Assembly: GCA_938040315.1 (NCBI GenBank)
Contig: CALHQW010000024.1
Span: forward strand, 599 to 64,598
Reading direction: 5' to 3'
DNA from: an uncultured bacterium
GTDB lineage: Bacteria; Hydrothermota; Tepidihabitantia; Tepidihabitantales; DTDR01
DNA length: 64,000 bases
Shown: positions 25,131 through 38,615 of the stretch, piece after piece
Numbering within the stretch: position 1 is the first letter of the stretch
Layout: the number at the start of each line of letters is the position of its first letter
Program-made: the position numbers and the translations under genes
Notes under the pieces: generated by a model
What the model saw: only the letters and a program-made list of their open reading frames with translations
Databases searched by the model: none
What the model was told of the DNA's origin: nothing

Positions 25131-25941
25131 AGAATTATTGGTAATTAAAAAAAGATATAATTTAAAAGAAGAAGAATTTAATTTTATCCTTACCAGCGTA
25201 TTTGATAGAAAACTTTATCAAATCTATTTAAGTGAAAAATTACCAAAAAACAAAATTAAAAAAATTATCAATATTTGCGAAAGAAAAAAAACCGAAATTC
25301 CTCTTCCCTATCTTTTAAAAAAAGCCTATTTTTTAGATTTGGAATTATATATTGAAAAAGGAGTTTTTATCCCTCGGGCAGAAACAGAATTGCTTATTTC
25401 CTTATTAGAAAATTACAACCAAGAAAAGATAAAATATATTCTTGATATCGGAGTTGGAACTGGTAATTTGACAATTGCTCTTGCTCGATTATTTAAAAAA
25501 GCATTGGTTATTGGTACCGACATATCCAAAAAAGCATTAAAGGTAGCCACAAAAAATGTTGAAAAATATTCTCTCTCTAATCAAATTAAATTGTATCATG
25601 CTGACTTATTCTATTTTCCTAATTATCAGAAATATTTTAACCATTTTGATTTAATTGTCTCTAACCCTCCTTATATCAATGAAAAAGATTATAAAAATCT
25701 TCCCAAAGCAGTGAAAAATTATGAAGATAAAAGAGCTTTATATGGAGGCGAAGATGGTCTTTTAATAATCAAAAGAATTTTAAAGGAAGGAAAAATTTTT
25801 CTTTCTCCAAAAGGAAAAATTGTGTTAGAAATTGACAATAATCATCCAATAAAAATTTATGAATATGCCAAAGAATTATACTCTTCTTTTATTTTTGTTA
25901 ATTCTTTAACAAAAAAGATTAGATTTGCTATAATCTCTTAA
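25123..25941 (+). CDS. prmC: release factor glutamine N5-methyltransferase
   Basis: [11 protein letters not shown] motif and VSNPPYI. Follows prfA. Confidence 0.85.
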   Translation: MNKELLVIKKRYNLKEEEFNFILTSVFDRKLYQIYLSEKLPKNKIKKIINICERKKTEIPLPYLLKKAYFLDLELYIEKGVFIPRAETELLISLLENYNQEKIKYILDIGVGTGNLTIALARLFKKALVIGTDISKKALKVATKNVEKYSLSNQIKLYHADLFYFPNYQKYFNHFDLIVSNPPYINEKDYKNLPKAVKNYEDKRALYGGEDGLLIIKRILKEGKIFLSPKGKIVLEIDNNHPIKIYEYAKELYSSFIFVNSLTKKIRFAIIS

Positions 25942-25942
25942 A

Positions 25943-26776
25943 ATGAAAGCTGGTTTAGTTATTAACTTAAAGAAACAGGAGATAAGAGAAATTACCAAGG
26001 AAATTATCAATTATCTTATTATTAATAATATCGAACCTTTATTTATAAAAGAAGAAAAAGAATATTTAGGATATAATAATTATGAAAATTTAGAAGAAAA
26101 TTTAAAAAAAATAGATTTCATTATTGCGCTGGGCGGAGATGGAACAATTTTAAGAACCTCCAAAATTTTAAAAGACATAGAAATACCAACAATTGGTATT
26201 AACTTAGGAAGTTTAGGATTTTTAACAACCTTTTCAAAAGAAGAAAGAATAGAGGCAATAGAAAATTTTTTAAAAAAAGAAGTAATTATTGAAAAAAGAA
26301 TGCTTATAAAAGTAAGTTTTAAAAGTGAGGATTTTTTTGTATTGAATGATGTGGTTATTAACATGGGAAGTTCTTTAAGGATGATTGAAGTAAAACTTTA
26401 TGTGAATAATGAATTTGTTAATAAATTTAATGGCGATGGAATTATTGTGGCAACTCCGACTGGTTCTACTGCTTATTCTTTAGCTTGTGGCGGACCAATT
26501 ATTCATCCTTGCTCTGAAGTTTTTGTAATAACACCAATTGCTCCTCATTTATTAACAAGCCGCCCCTTAATCTTACCGGGAGATTTTAAATTGAAACTTG
26601 TTTTGGGAGAGAAAAATCCGCCTGCCAATTTAGTATTAGATGGCCAAAAAACTTTTTTATTAAATTTGGGCGAGGAAATATTTTTAGAAAAAGCAAAAAA
26701 TTATTTTCTTTTAGTTAATAAAAAAGAAAGAACCTATTTTGATATTTTAAAGAAAAAATTAAAATGGGGATTTTAA
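25943..26776 (+). CDS. nadK: NAD kinase
   Basis: GGDGTILR and ATPTGSTAYSLACGGPI motifs. Confidence 0.9.
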   Translation: MKAGLVINLKKQEIREITKEIINYLIINNIEPLFIKEEKEYLGYNNYENLEENLKKIDFIIALGGDGTILRTSKILKDIEIPTIGINLGSLGFLTTFSKEERIEAIENFLKKEVIIEKRMLIKVSFKSEDFFVLNDVVINMGSSLRMIEVKLYVNNEFVNKFNGDGIIVATPTGSTAYSLACGGPIIHPCSEVFVITPIAPHLLTSRPLILPGDFKLKLVLGEKNPPANLVLDGQKTFLLNLGEEIFLEKAKNYFLLVNKKERTYFDILKKKLKWGF

Positions 26777-27294
26777 CAATTCCTAATATTTTAAGTCTCT
26801 CCCGCTTAATCTTCTTACCTTTGATTTTGCTCTTTTTATCTAAAAATTTACGTTCTCTCAGTTTAACTTTTATTTTTCTCTCTTGGCTCACTGATGCCTT
26901 TGATGGTTATCTCGCTCGCAAACTAAATCAAACCTCTGATTTAGGAAAAATCCTTGATCATCTGGTTGATAAAATTTGGGTAGGAACAATTTTGGTAACT
27001 TTAGTAATAACTAAGAATCTTGATTTTAAAATCGTAACTGCAATAATAATTCGTGATTTACTTATTACCGCTGGTTTTATTTTTTTGATGAAGAAAAAAA
27101 ATATCATTTCTAAATCTTCTATTTTAGGGAAAATGACCGGCTTTCTCTTTGCCCTTCTTATTTTAGCAACCCTTCTTAATCGCCCCAAAGAACTTTTAAT
27201 TATTACTTATTTAACTTGGATTTTTATTGTTTTATCTTTTTTAGATTATTTTATTTATTTTTTAAAAGTAAATGGAAACCAAAAAAATCAATAA
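26764..27294 (+). CDS. CDP-alcohol phosphatidyltransferase family protein
   Basis: DAFDGYLARKLNQTSDLGKILDHLVDK matches DGx2ARx8Gx3Dx3D. Multi-TM. Confidence 0.8.
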   Translation: MGILTIPNILSLSRLIFLPLILLFLSKNLRSLSLTFIFLSWLTDAFDGYLARKLNQTSDLGKILDHLVDKIWVGTILVTLVITKNLDFKIVTAIIIRDLLITAGFIFLMKKKNIISKSSILGKMTGFLFALLILATLLNRPKELLIITYLTWIFIVLSFLDYFIYFLKVNGNQKNQ

Positions 27295-27709
27295 GACCAT
27301 CTATTTCTTAAGGTTAGAAAAGGACGAAGAAGTTATTAATTCTTTGAAAAATTTCTTTAAAAAAGAAAGATTAAAAAGTGCTTCTTTTTATGGTATTGGA
27401 GCAGGAAAAGATTTTATAATTGGTTATTATGACTTAGGAAAAAAAGAATATCTTAAAAAAAAGATTAAAAAAGAGTGCGAAATCCTTTCATTAATTGGGA
27501 ATATCTCTTATTTAAAGAAAGAAATTTTTATTCATATCCATATTGTCATTTCTGATAAAAATTTTAAAATTTTTGGTGGCCATCTTTTTTCAGCAAAAGT
27601 TAGTGCTACCTTAGAGGTCTTTTTATTTTTAATGGATAAAAAATTAACAAGAAAACTCTTTCCTGATATCGGTTTAAATTTAATAACCTTTAAAAAATTT
27701 CACCAATAA
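27272..27709 (+). CDS. PPC/DUF296 domain protein
   Basis: SFYGIGA...GNIS...HIHIVISD...GGHL pattern, recalled from the PPC family. Confidence 0.6.
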   Translation: METKKINKTIYFLRLEKDEEVINSLKNFFKKERLKSASFYGIGAGKDFIIGYYDLGKKEYLKKKIKKECEILSLIGNISYLKKEIFIHIHIVISDKNFKIFGGHLFSAKVSATLEVFLFLMDKKLTRKLFPDIGLNLITFKKFHQ

Positions 27710-27914
27710 ATTCTAAAATATCCTCCTTTTTTAAATTTGTTGCCCGCCAAATTCTATCACCAGTAATCTTATAACAGAGCAGTTCCCAAACTCCTTTAGG
27801 AGAAAGAAAAAGGTAAAAAAGAAACTCTTTATCATCATCTACTCGGGTAAAAAACTTTTTTGTTTGGGAGGGTTTTAAAAATAAAGCTTTTTTAATTAAA
27901 TTTTGCATTTTCAC
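27690..27914 (-). CDS. hypothetical protein
   Basis: 74-aa ORF with SD GGAGGTG upstream. Convergent 20-nt overlap with the previous gene. Confidence 0.35.
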   Translation of the reverse strand: MKMQNLIKKALFLKPSQTKKFFTRVDDDKEFLFYLFLSPKGVWELLCYKITGDRIWRATNLKKEDILEFIGEIF

Positions 27915-27970
27915 CTCCTGCTTGCTTTATATAATATTTTAACAAAAATTTTTATATTTGTCAATAATAT

Positions 27971-27999
27971 TTGACTTTAAATTAATATTTTATTAAAAT
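27971..27999 (+). promoter_or_regulatory. sigma70-like promoter TTGACT-17-TAAAAT with an SD-containing leader
   Basis: Read directly upstream of 28017. Confidence 0.45.
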
Positions 28000-28016
28000 T
28001 TTTAAATGGAGGAAAT

Positions 28017-29318
28017 ATGAAACCAATAAGACAGATAAATCTTTTACCAGAAGAAATACCTGATAAGTGGTATAATATTTTACCCGTTTTACCCGAACCT
28101 TTACCACCACCAAAAGATCCAGAAAAAGGTGAATCTCGATTAAAAAATTTGCCAAAAATTTTAATTAATGAATGTTTAAAACAAGAAACTTCTCAAGAAG
28201 AATGGATACCGATTCCGGAAGAATTAAGGGAATTATACCTTCAAGCAGGCAGACCAAGACCTTTATTCCGAGCGATAAATTTAGAAAAAAGGCTTCAAAC
28301 TCCTGCGCAAATTTATTATAAAGCTGAGTTTTTTAGTCCAACCGGAAGCCATAAAGTAAATACTGCTCTCGCCCAATGTTATTATGCCAAAAAAGAGGGG
28401 TATAAAAGAGTGACAACTGAAACTGGTGCTGGACAATGGGGAACCGCTTTAGCTTACGGAGCTGCTTTATTAGGTTTAAAATGTACTATTTATTGGGTTA
28501 GAGCGGTGTATAAATGGAAAAAGGAAAGAAGAACTTTAATGCAGCTTCTCGGTGCCGAAGTTTATCCTTCACCCAGCCCAAAAACTGAGGTTGGCAAAAA
28601 ATTATATAAAAAGAATCCCAATCATCCAGGTTCCTTAGCAATCGCTATTTCTGAAGGGATAGAAGATGCTTTAAAAAATGAAGATACTATCTACTGTCTG
28701 GGTTCGGTATTAAATCATGTTCTTTTACACCAAACCATCATTGGCTTAGAGACAAAAAAACAATTAGAAAAAATTGGTGTAGAACCCGATATCATGGCTG
28801 CTTGTTTAGGGGGTGGTTCTAATTTCGGTGGTTTTACTTTACCTTTTATCGGTGAAGTATTAAAAAATAAAAAGAAAATTAGATTTGTTGCCTGCCAAAG
28901 TGAAGTAGCTCCTAATCTCTCAAAAGGAAAATATGAATACGATTTTGCCGATTATAGTGGTTTTACTCCTTTATTAAAAATGTATACTTTAGGCCATAGA
29001 ATAAAAATGAAACCAATCAAAGCTGATGGGTTAAGATATCATGCTGCGGCGCCAATTATTAGTTTTTTAAGGCATCGTAATTTAATTGAAACTGTTACTT
29101 ACCCAGCAGACGAAAAATATGTTTTTGAAAGAACTAAAATTTTTATTGAATGCGAGGGTTTTTTACCAGCTCCAGAATCTTCTTACGCAATTGCTTTTGC
29201 TATTGATGAAGCTTTAAAAGCAAAAGAAGAAGGAATGAAAAAAGTAATAGTAATAAATATTTCTGGACACGGATTTTTAGATTTGGTCGGTTATCGAGAA
29301 GTTTTAAAATTAAAATAA
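28017..29318 (+). CDS. TrpB-like PLP-dependent enzyme (TrpB2-type, stand-alone)
   Basis: 433 aa. SPTGSHKVNTA contains the PLP lysine. The long N-terminal extension is typical of TrpB2. No other trp genes are nearby. Confidence 0.85.
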   Translation: MKPIRQINLLPEEIPDKWYNILPVLPEPLPPPKDPEKGESRLKNLPKILINECLKQETSQEEWIPIPEELRELYLQAGRPRPLFRAINLEKRLQTPAQIYYKAEFFSPTGSHKVNTALAQCYYAKKEGYKRVTTETGAGQWGTALAYGAALLGLKCTIYWVRAVYKWKKERRTLMQLLGAEVYPSPSPKTEVGKKLYKKNPNHPGSLAIAISEGIEDALKNEDTIYCLGSVLNHVLLHQTIIGLETKKQLEKIGVEPDIMAACLGGGSNFGGFTLPFIGEVLKNKKKIRFVACQSEVAPNLSKGKYEYDFADYSGFTPLLKMYTLGHRIKMKPIKADGLRYHAAAPIISFLRHRNLIETVTYPADEKYVFERTKIFIECEGFLPAPESSYAIAFAIDEALKAKEEGMKKVIVINISGHGFLDLVGYREVLKLK

Positions 29319-29321
29319 TTA

Positions 29322-29350
29322 TTGACTTTTTAATTTTTTTAATTTATACT
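29322..29350 (+). promoter_or_regulatory. sigma70-like promoter TTGACT-17-TATACT
   Basis: Read directly upstream of pilB. The leader has SD GAGGAGGTG. Confidence 0.45.
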
Positions 29351-29387
29351 TAAACATAGAAAGTAAATATGGTGAGGAGGTGAAATT

Positions 29388-30956
29388 ATGGCACAGGAAG
29401 ATAATATCGGTTTTGAATTAGAACAAAAATATGGTGTGCCTTTTGTTGATTTAGCATCTTTCAAAATTGATGTGGAAGTAATGAAAATGTTTCCAGAAGA
29501 ATTTTTAAGGGCTCATAAATTTGTTCCCCTTTTTAAATCAGGAAACGCTTTGGTAGTAGCGATGGTTGATCCATCAAATATTTACTCTATTGATGAAATC
29601 CGGAGATTTTCAGGAATGGATGTTCAAGTTATGGTTTGTAAAGAATTAGATCTTTATCAAGTATTAAATGAATATTATGCCCAAACTCAACCACCCGATA
29701 TTCCTGATGAGCCAGAAGTGGAAACTATCGAACCTTTAGGAGAAGGAGAGGTAGCCGCAGAGCTTGATTTAACTCCTAAAAAACTGGAAGAACTAGCCTC
29801 AGAAGCGCCGGTAGTAAGATGGGTAAACCAATTAATTATTAGAGCAGTAAGAGAAAGGGCATCAGATATTCATATTGAGCCAACAAGAGAAGGTTTACAA
29901 GTAAGATTTAGAATTGACGGTGTTTTACATCCAGTTGTAGCACCTAAAAAGGCCTTGCAATTAGCAGTCGTCTCTCGTATTAAAATTATGTCAAGAATGA
30001 ACATCGCTGAAAAACGATTGCCGCAGGATGGTCGTTATGCGGCAATTGTGGATGGTCGGGAAATTGACTTCCGTGTTTCTACCTTTCCTACTACTTATGG
30101 CGAAAAAGTGGTAATGCGTATTTTGGACCGGGTAAGACTTTTATCCATGGATGAATTAGGACTTTTGCCAGAAAGGTTGCAAGTTTTGCGGGAAATGATT
30201 AGAAAACCCCATGGAGTCATCTTGGTAACTGGACCAACTGGTTCAGGAAAAACAACCACCCTTTATGCAATCCTGCAAGAAATCCGTGGAGCCGAAAAAA
30301 ATATTATTACTATTGAAGACCCGGTAGAGTATGATATTGATGGACTTTGCCAATCTCAAGTTAACGAACGGGCTGGTTATACTTATCTGGTAGGATTGAG
30401 ACATATTTTGCGTCAAGACCCAGATGTTATCTTTATTGGTGAGATTCGTGACCGGGATACCGCAACGGTTGCTATTCGGGCTGCTTTAACTGGTCAATTG
30501 GTTTTTTCAACCATCCACACTAATGACGCTCCAGGAACAATTAACCGTTTAATTGATATGGGAATTGAACCTTTCTTAGTGGCTTCAGCGATGGAGGGAG
30601 TTTTGGCACAAAGATTAGTTAGAAGAATCTGCCCCAAATGCAAAGAAGAGTATAAACCTTCGCCAAAGATTTTAGAAGAGTTAGAATTGCCAAAAGATAC
30701 TATTTTATATCGTGGACGAGGTTGCGAACACTGTCGTTATACTGGGTATTATGGAAGAATTGGAATATTTGAAGTTATGAAAGTTGATGAAAAAATGAGA
30801 GAATTAATAGTTACTCGACCTCCAACCAGCGCAGTAAGAATGTTGGCAAAAGAGAGTGGTATGGATACCCTTTGGGAAGATGGTATAAAGAAAGTTCTTA
30901 TGGGAATTACCACGGTAGAAGAAGTAATGAGAGAAGCAGAGAAAATTGTAATTTAA
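29388..30956 (+). CDS. pilB: type IV pilus / type II secretion ATPase (GspE/PilB family)
   Basis: T2SSE N-terminal domain, Walker A GPTGSGKTTT, Asp box, and a tetracysteine motif CPKC...CEHC. Confidence 0.9.
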   Translation: MAQEDNIGFELEQKYGVPFVDLASFKIDVEVMKMFPEEFLRAHKFVPLFKSGNALVVAMVDPSNIYSIDEIRRFSGMDVQVMVCKELDLYQVLNEYYAQTQPPDIPDEPEVETIEPLGEGEVAAELDLTPKKLEELASEAPVVRWVNQLIIRAVRERASDIHIEPTREGLQVRFRIDGVLHPVVAPKKALQLAVVSRIKIMSRMNIAEKRLPQDGRYAAIVDGREIDFRVSTFPTTYGEKVVMRILDRVRLLSMDELGLLPERLQVLREMIRKPHGVILVTGPTGSGKTTTLYAILQEIRGAEKNIITIEDPVEYDIDGLCQSQVNERAGYTYLVGLRHILRQDPDVIFIGEIRDRDTATVAIRAALTGQLVFSTIHTNDAPGTINRLIDMGIEPFLVASAMEGVLAQRLVRRICPKCKEEYKPSPKILEELELPKDTILYRGRGCEHCRYTGYYGRIGIFEVMKVDEKMRELIVTRPPTSAVRMLAKESGMDTLWEDGIKKVLMGITTVEEVMREAEKIVI

Positions 30957-30983
30957 TTAGAAAAATTAAAAAGGAGGTTTTTA

Positions 30984-32216
30984 ATGCCTTTATTTTCATA
31001 TAAAGTAAGAGACCGAGAAGGAAAAGTGTTAACGGGAACCGTTGAGGGAAGTGATGTTAATAGCGTAATTGAAAAACTTGATGCCTTAGGTTATATCCCT
31101 TTACAAGTTAAAGAGATTAAAAAAGCCACCGGTGGGGGTTTTTCTTTAGAAAATCTCCTCATGGGAAGGGTAAAGGCTATTGATTTGATAAATTTCACAC
31201 GCCAATTTGTTACTCTTCATAAAGCAGGTTTACCTATGCTTTCGGCGATTAGTGCTTTGCAGGCCCAAACTCGTTCGGCTGCTTTGGCTAAAGCCCTTGA
31301 TGGAATTAGAAAAGATTTAATGGGCGGAGCATCCTTATCTCAAGCAATGGCAAAATATCCAAGGATATTTAATGAGTTATATGTAAATTCTGTTTGGGCT
31401 GGCGAAACTGGTGGTGTTTTAGACGAAATTCTAAGTCGCTTAGCTGATCTGTTAGAACATGAAAGAAGGTTAAGAAGCGAAGTTATGTCAGCCTTACGTT
31501 ATCCAATAATTTTGCTTGTCGGTATGGTTGTTGCTGTTATTGTTCTTACCACTTTTGTTTTACCAAAATTTATTATGCTCTTAACAGGCTTAGGAACAAA
31601 TGTACCAACACCAACTAAAATTCTCATCGCTGTGGTTACTTTTATGAAAAATTATTGGTCAATTGGCTTTTTCTTTCTAATAATTTTGGGGCTTTTATTT
31701 TATATATTTATTAGAACAAAAGGCGGAAGGTTATGGTGGGATCGGGTGAAATTAAAAATACCGATTGCCGGTCCATTAATTTATCAAATGGTTCTTGCCC
31801 GTTTTGCTCGGATGTTTGAAACGTTGGATAGAACCGGTTTGCCAATTTTAAGAAGTTTAGCCTTAGTTTCAAAAACTGTGGGTAATGCCTATATTTCCCA
31901 ACATATTGACGTAATCGCAGAAAGTGTTCGCCGGGGAAGAGGAATTGCTGCGCCAATGAGAGAAAGTAATGTCTTTCCACCAATGGTTGTCCAAATGGTG
32001 GCTACGGGTGAAGAATCAGGTGCTTTAGATGACATGCTTAGACAAGTGGCTGATTACTATGATAACGAAGTGGAAAGAATAGCTAAAAATTTAACCGGTT
32101 TAATTGAACCAGTGTTAATTCTCATAATGGGAATTGGTGTGGTATTTATTATAATCGCTGTAATTATGCCTTACATGAATATTCTTACTTCCTTTGGACA
32201 ACAAGGAATGAGATAA
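30984..32216 (+). CDS. pilC: type IV pilus / T2SS platform protein (GspF/PilC family)
   Basis: 410 aa with two GspF repeats and TM segments. Follows pilB. Confidence 0.9.
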   Translation: MPLFSYKVRDREGKVLTGTVEGSDVNSVIEKLDALGYIPLQVKEIKKATGGGFSLENLLMGRVKAIDLINFTRQFVTLHKAGLPMLSAISALQAQTRSAALAKALDGIRKDLMGGASLSQAMAKYPRIFNELYVNSVWAGETGGVLDEILSRLADLLEHERRLRSEVMSALRYPIILLVGMVVAVIVLTTFVLPKFIMLLTGLGTNVPTPTKILIAVVTFMKNYWSIGFFFLIILGLLFYIFIRTKGGRLWWDRVKLKIPIAGPLIYQMVLARFARMFETLDRTGLPILRSLALVSKTVGNAYISQHIDVIAESVRRGRGIAAPMRESNVFPPMVVQMVATGEESGALDDMLRQVADYYDNEVERIAKNLTGLIEPVLILIMGIGVVFIIIAVIMPYMNILTSFGQQGMR

Positions 32217-32222
32217 ATTAAA

Positions 32223-35176
<2,954 letters not shown>

Positions 35177-35211
35177 TTATTATAATAAATTTTTTAAAAA
35201 AATCAATATTG

Positions 35212-36180
35212 TCAATGTTTTATTTTCTTTAAATGTTCTAAAAAAGTTTTGGAAAAAATATGGGTGTTGCCGTTTTTGGTAAAGAAATAATAATAAGTGG
35301 TCTTTTTAGGATTTAAAACCGCTACCAAAGATTTTTCCGAAGGACTACAAATTGGCGTCGGTGGCAAGCCTTTATGAAGATAGGTATTATAAGGAGAATT
35401 GATTTTTAAATCTTCCTTACTCAATATTTTCTTTCTTTCTTTTAAAAGATATTCAATCGTCGCGCAAGATTCTAAACGCATTCCTTTTTTTAAACGGTTT
35501 AAAAATACTGAGGCGATTATTGGTCTTTCCTCGTCAACCTTTGCTTCTTTCTCAACAATTGACGCTAAAATAATAACTATTGAATCAGATAAATTAGTTT
35601 TATACTTTTTCTTTAAATCCAAATAGATTTGCCAAAACCGACGACACATCTTCTTAAAAACAATTGCTGGCGAAGAATTGGTAAAAAATTCATAAGAATC
35701 AGGAAACAAAAAACCTTCGGCAGTTGGAAAAAGGATGTTATATTTTTTTAAAACATCCGGAGAGGTAGCATATTTAAGGAATTCTTCTTTAGGACATATT
35801 CCCTTCTTTTCTAAAATTTCTCCAATCTCTTTAATGGTTGAACCCTCCGGTATCGTAACAAAAACTGGTATAGAATATTTTCTTAATAATAATAAAAAGG
35901 TTTTAAACTCGGAAAAATTTTGAGGAAGTTGATAAAAACCATATTTTAATGATTTTTCTTTAAAAAAAATTTTGGTATAAAGAAAAAATAACCATTTCCT
36001 TTTTATTACACCCTTCTCTTTTAATAACTCACCAATCTCTTTTAAAGTTAAATTCTTAGGAATAAAAATCTTTATCTTTTCATTTATTTTCTCTTTAATA
36101 AAAAATTGATGATAAAAAATAAAAAGGCAGGTAAAAAAAATTAAAGAAATCTTTTCAATCTTCTTTCTTTCTTTCTTCAC
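35212..36180 (-). CDS. mltG: endolytic murein transglycosylase MltG (YceG-like)
   Basis: N-terminal TM segment. LASIVEKEA and SPYNTY..GLPPTPI motifs. Confidence 0.85.
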   Translation of the reverse strand: MKKERKKIEKISLIFFTCLFIFYHQFFIKEKINEKIKIFIPKNLTLKEIGELLKEKGVIKRKWLFFLYTKIFFKEKSLKYGFYQLPQNFSEFKTFLLLLRKYSIPVFVTIPEGSTIKEIGEILEKKGICPKEEFLKYATSPDVLKKYNILFPTAEGFLFPDSYEFFTNSSPAIVFKKMCRRFWQIYLDLKKKYKTNLSDSIVIILASIVEKEAKVDEERPIIASVFLNRLKKGMRLESCATIEYLLKERKKILSKEDLKINSPYNTYLHKGLPPTPICSPSEKSLVAVLNPKKTTYYYFFTKNGNTHIFSKTFLEHLKKIKH

Positions 36181-36601
36181 CTTTTAAATAACTTTCCAAA
36201 AGCAAAATGGCTGATAAAAGATTTATCTCTTTTTTTATACTCTCTTTCTTTTTTAAGAAAGTTTTTTTAAAATTTTCGGGAAAGATGATCTTTTTTGCCA
36301 AATCGGTTGTGTATCGTTCATCAAATAAAATTATCTCTTTATCAATTACTTTTTTTAGTTTCTCTTTAAATTTTTTTACCAATCTTCCCCTTTCGGTTTC
36401 CTCTCCTTTTAAACCTTTTGGATAGCCAATTATAATTTTAACAATCTCTTTTTCTTTCACAATCTGTAAAATTTTTTTAAGTAAATCTTCGGAACTATTA
36501 ATTTCTATTGTTTTATAACCATAAACGTATTTTTTCTCTTCATCTCCCAAAGCCAGTCCTACTCTTTTTAAACCGAAATCAATCGCCAAAATATTTTTCA
36601 T
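36155..36601 (-). CDS. ruvX: Holliday junction resolvase-like RuvX (YqgF)
   Basis: ILAIDFGLKRVGLALGD and DERYTT motifs. Confidence 0.85.
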   Translation of the reverse strand: MKNILAIDFGLKRVGLALGDEEKKYVYGYKTIEINSSEDLLKKILQIVKEKEIVKIIIGYPKGLKGEETERGRLVKKFKEKLKKVIDKEIILFDERYTTDLAKKIIFPENFKKTFLKKKESIKKEINLLSAILLLESYLKGEERKKED

Positions 36602-37086
36602 TAATCAAAACGAAAAATATTATACCTGACACTTGTTAAGAATGCCAAAAGTTCCCGAAAGAAACCAAAGAAAAGAATTTGCGAAACAAAGATTGATTTC
36701 TTATAAAGATAGATTAAATTGGGATTATTTTTATAAAAAATAAGAATTGTTTTTAATACCCCATGACATAACATCCAAGAAAAACTAATTCCTAAAAAAA
36801 GACCAAAAAGATAAGTAAAAATTCCTAAAGAAAAGGAAAAGAAGTTATTGATAATCCGAGCAAGAAAAAAGGCAAGAATTAAAAGAATGATAAAAGAAAA
36901 AAGATAAGAAAAGGGATTACCAGAAAATTTTTTAAAAATAATATTACTCAAATAACAAGTCAAAATAATTCCACCGGTTTCGTAAAAGATAAGACTTAAA
37001 TTATCTAAACTTCTTAAAAATTGAATACCACCAATAACAGTAAGAATCCCAATAGAAAGCCAATCAATAATATTTAAAGAAGACAA
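36601..37086 (-). CDS. CvpA-like integral membrane protein
   Basis: 161 aa with about 4 TM segments. The N-terminal NIIDWLSIGIL pattern is CvpA-like. Weak call. Confidence 0.35.
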   Translation of the reverse strand: MSSLNIIDWLSIGILTVIGGIQFLRSLDNLSLIFYETGGIILTCYLSNIIFKKFSGNPFSYLFSFIILLILAFFLARIINNFFSFSLGIFTYLFGLFLGISFSWMLCHGVLKTILIFYKNNPNLIYLYKKSIFVSQILFFGFFRELLAFLTSVRYNIFRFD

Positions 37087-37087
37087 A

Positions 37088-37339
37088 TTATAATTTCTCC
37101 CGCTTAAAAATCAAAAGCACCTTGGTAATTGTTCCTTGGTTATCTGAACCAGAGGCGGTTCCTACCAATTCCCAACCTTCTTCACCAAGTTTATTAATAT
37201 AATTTTCTACATTAGGAAACTCTTTAATTATTTGCTTATTATCATCTTCAATCTGCCATCTACCCAAAGCCAAAATGGGATGACTATGAACTTCTAAAAT
37301 TTTTAATTTATATTCCCATTTTTTCTTATTGGTACTCAT
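37088..37339 (-). CDS. DUF4177-like small protein
   Basis: WEYK...[10 protein letters not shown] pattern. Confidence 0.45.
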   Translation of the reverse strand: MSTNKKKWEYKLKILEVHSHPILALGRWQIEDDNKQIIKEFPNVENYINKLGEEGWELVGTASGSDNQGTITKVLLIFKREKL

Positions 37340-38174
37340 AAAACCCTCTCTTTGTCTTTCTTCCCAAAAATCCGGCGTTTACCATCTTTTTTAATAAAGG
37401 ACAAGGACGATATTTTGGATCACCTAAATCTTTTTCTAAAACTTCTAAGATTGCCAAAACCACATCTAAACCAATCAAATCCGCTAATGCCAAAGGACCA
37501 ATCGGATGGTTCATTCCCAATTTCATAATATTATCAATCGCTTCCTTATCAGCAATCCCTTCATAAAGACAATAAATTGCCTCATTAATCATTGGCATCA
37601 AAACCCGATTGGAAACAAAACCCGGTGAATCATTCACAACTACGGGCACTTTACCAAGTTTCTTTGCTAAATCAACTACTATCTCAACGGTTTTCTCATC
37701 GGTTCTTAAACCTTTTATTACTTCTACCAATGCCATCAAAGGAACTGGATTCATAAAATGCATGCCAATAAATTTTTCTGGTCGAGTAGTTACGCTTGCC
37801 AATTCCGTAATAGAAATTGTGGAAGTATTGGAAGCAAAAATTGTTTCTTTTTTACAAATTTTATCTAAATAAGAAAAAACTTTCTTTTTTTCTTCTTTAT
37901 CTTCAATAATCGCTTCAATAATTATGTCACAATCCTTTAACCCATCTTTATCCGTAGAAGTTTTAATTCTTTGCAAAGTTGCCTCTTTATCTTCCGACGC
38001 AATTTTTCCTTTCTCTAAAAATTTCTCTAAACTCTTTTTAATATTACTAAGCCCTTTTTCTAAAATTTCATTAGTCAAATCAACCATTATTACTTGATAA
38101 CCACTTTGGGCAAAAACTTGACAAATACCACTTCCCATCGTTCCCGCACCTAAAACACCAACTTTATTAACCAT
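37326..38174 (-). CDS. hbd: 3-hydroxybutyryl-CoA dehydrogenase
   Basis: [13 protein letters not shown] Rossmann motif, NTSTISIT, and PGFVSNR. Confidence 0.85.
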   Translation of the reverse strand: MVNKVGVLGAGTMGSGICQVFAQSGYQVIMVDLTNEILEKGLSNIKKSLEKFLEKGKIASEDKEATLQRIKTSTDKDGLKDCDIIIEAIIEDKEEKKKVFSYLDKICKKETIFASNTSTISITELASVTTRPEKFIGMHFMNPVPLMALVEVIKGLRTDEKTVEIVVDLAKKLGKVPVVVNDSPGFVSNRVLMPMINEAIYCLYEGIADKEAIDNIMKLGMNHPIGPLALADLIGLDVVLAILEVLEKDLGDPKYRPCPLLKKMVNAGFLGRKTKRGFYEYQ

Positions 38175-38615
38175 TTTAACCTCCTATTTATTTAAATTAA
38201 ATAAATTATAAATAAATTATAAAAGAAATAAATTAAAAGTCAAAAATAAATTTATAAAACATAACTAAAAATTGGCATCTCATACCAAAATTTTAAAACC
38301 AAAAATTTTTCTAAGTCTTTATATTTCAAGAACTTACCTTTAATCCACAGGAAAAATAGGGAACAGTCCCCTCTATTCTTCTTTCTTCGTCTTAAAAAAT
38401 ACTTTATTAATTATCTTCCAAAAGGAATTAATATACTTTTTCTTAACTACACTTTTATTCATCTTCCAAGGTATTTTATCATTCATTTTTATAAGTATTT
38501 TATTATATATTTTAAAAACCTTATTGACAATAATTTTTGAATAGGTTAGAATTATAAACCCTCAATGGTGTTTAAGTATTATGCTGTTATTATTTAGAAA
38601 GTGGCACTTTTATTT

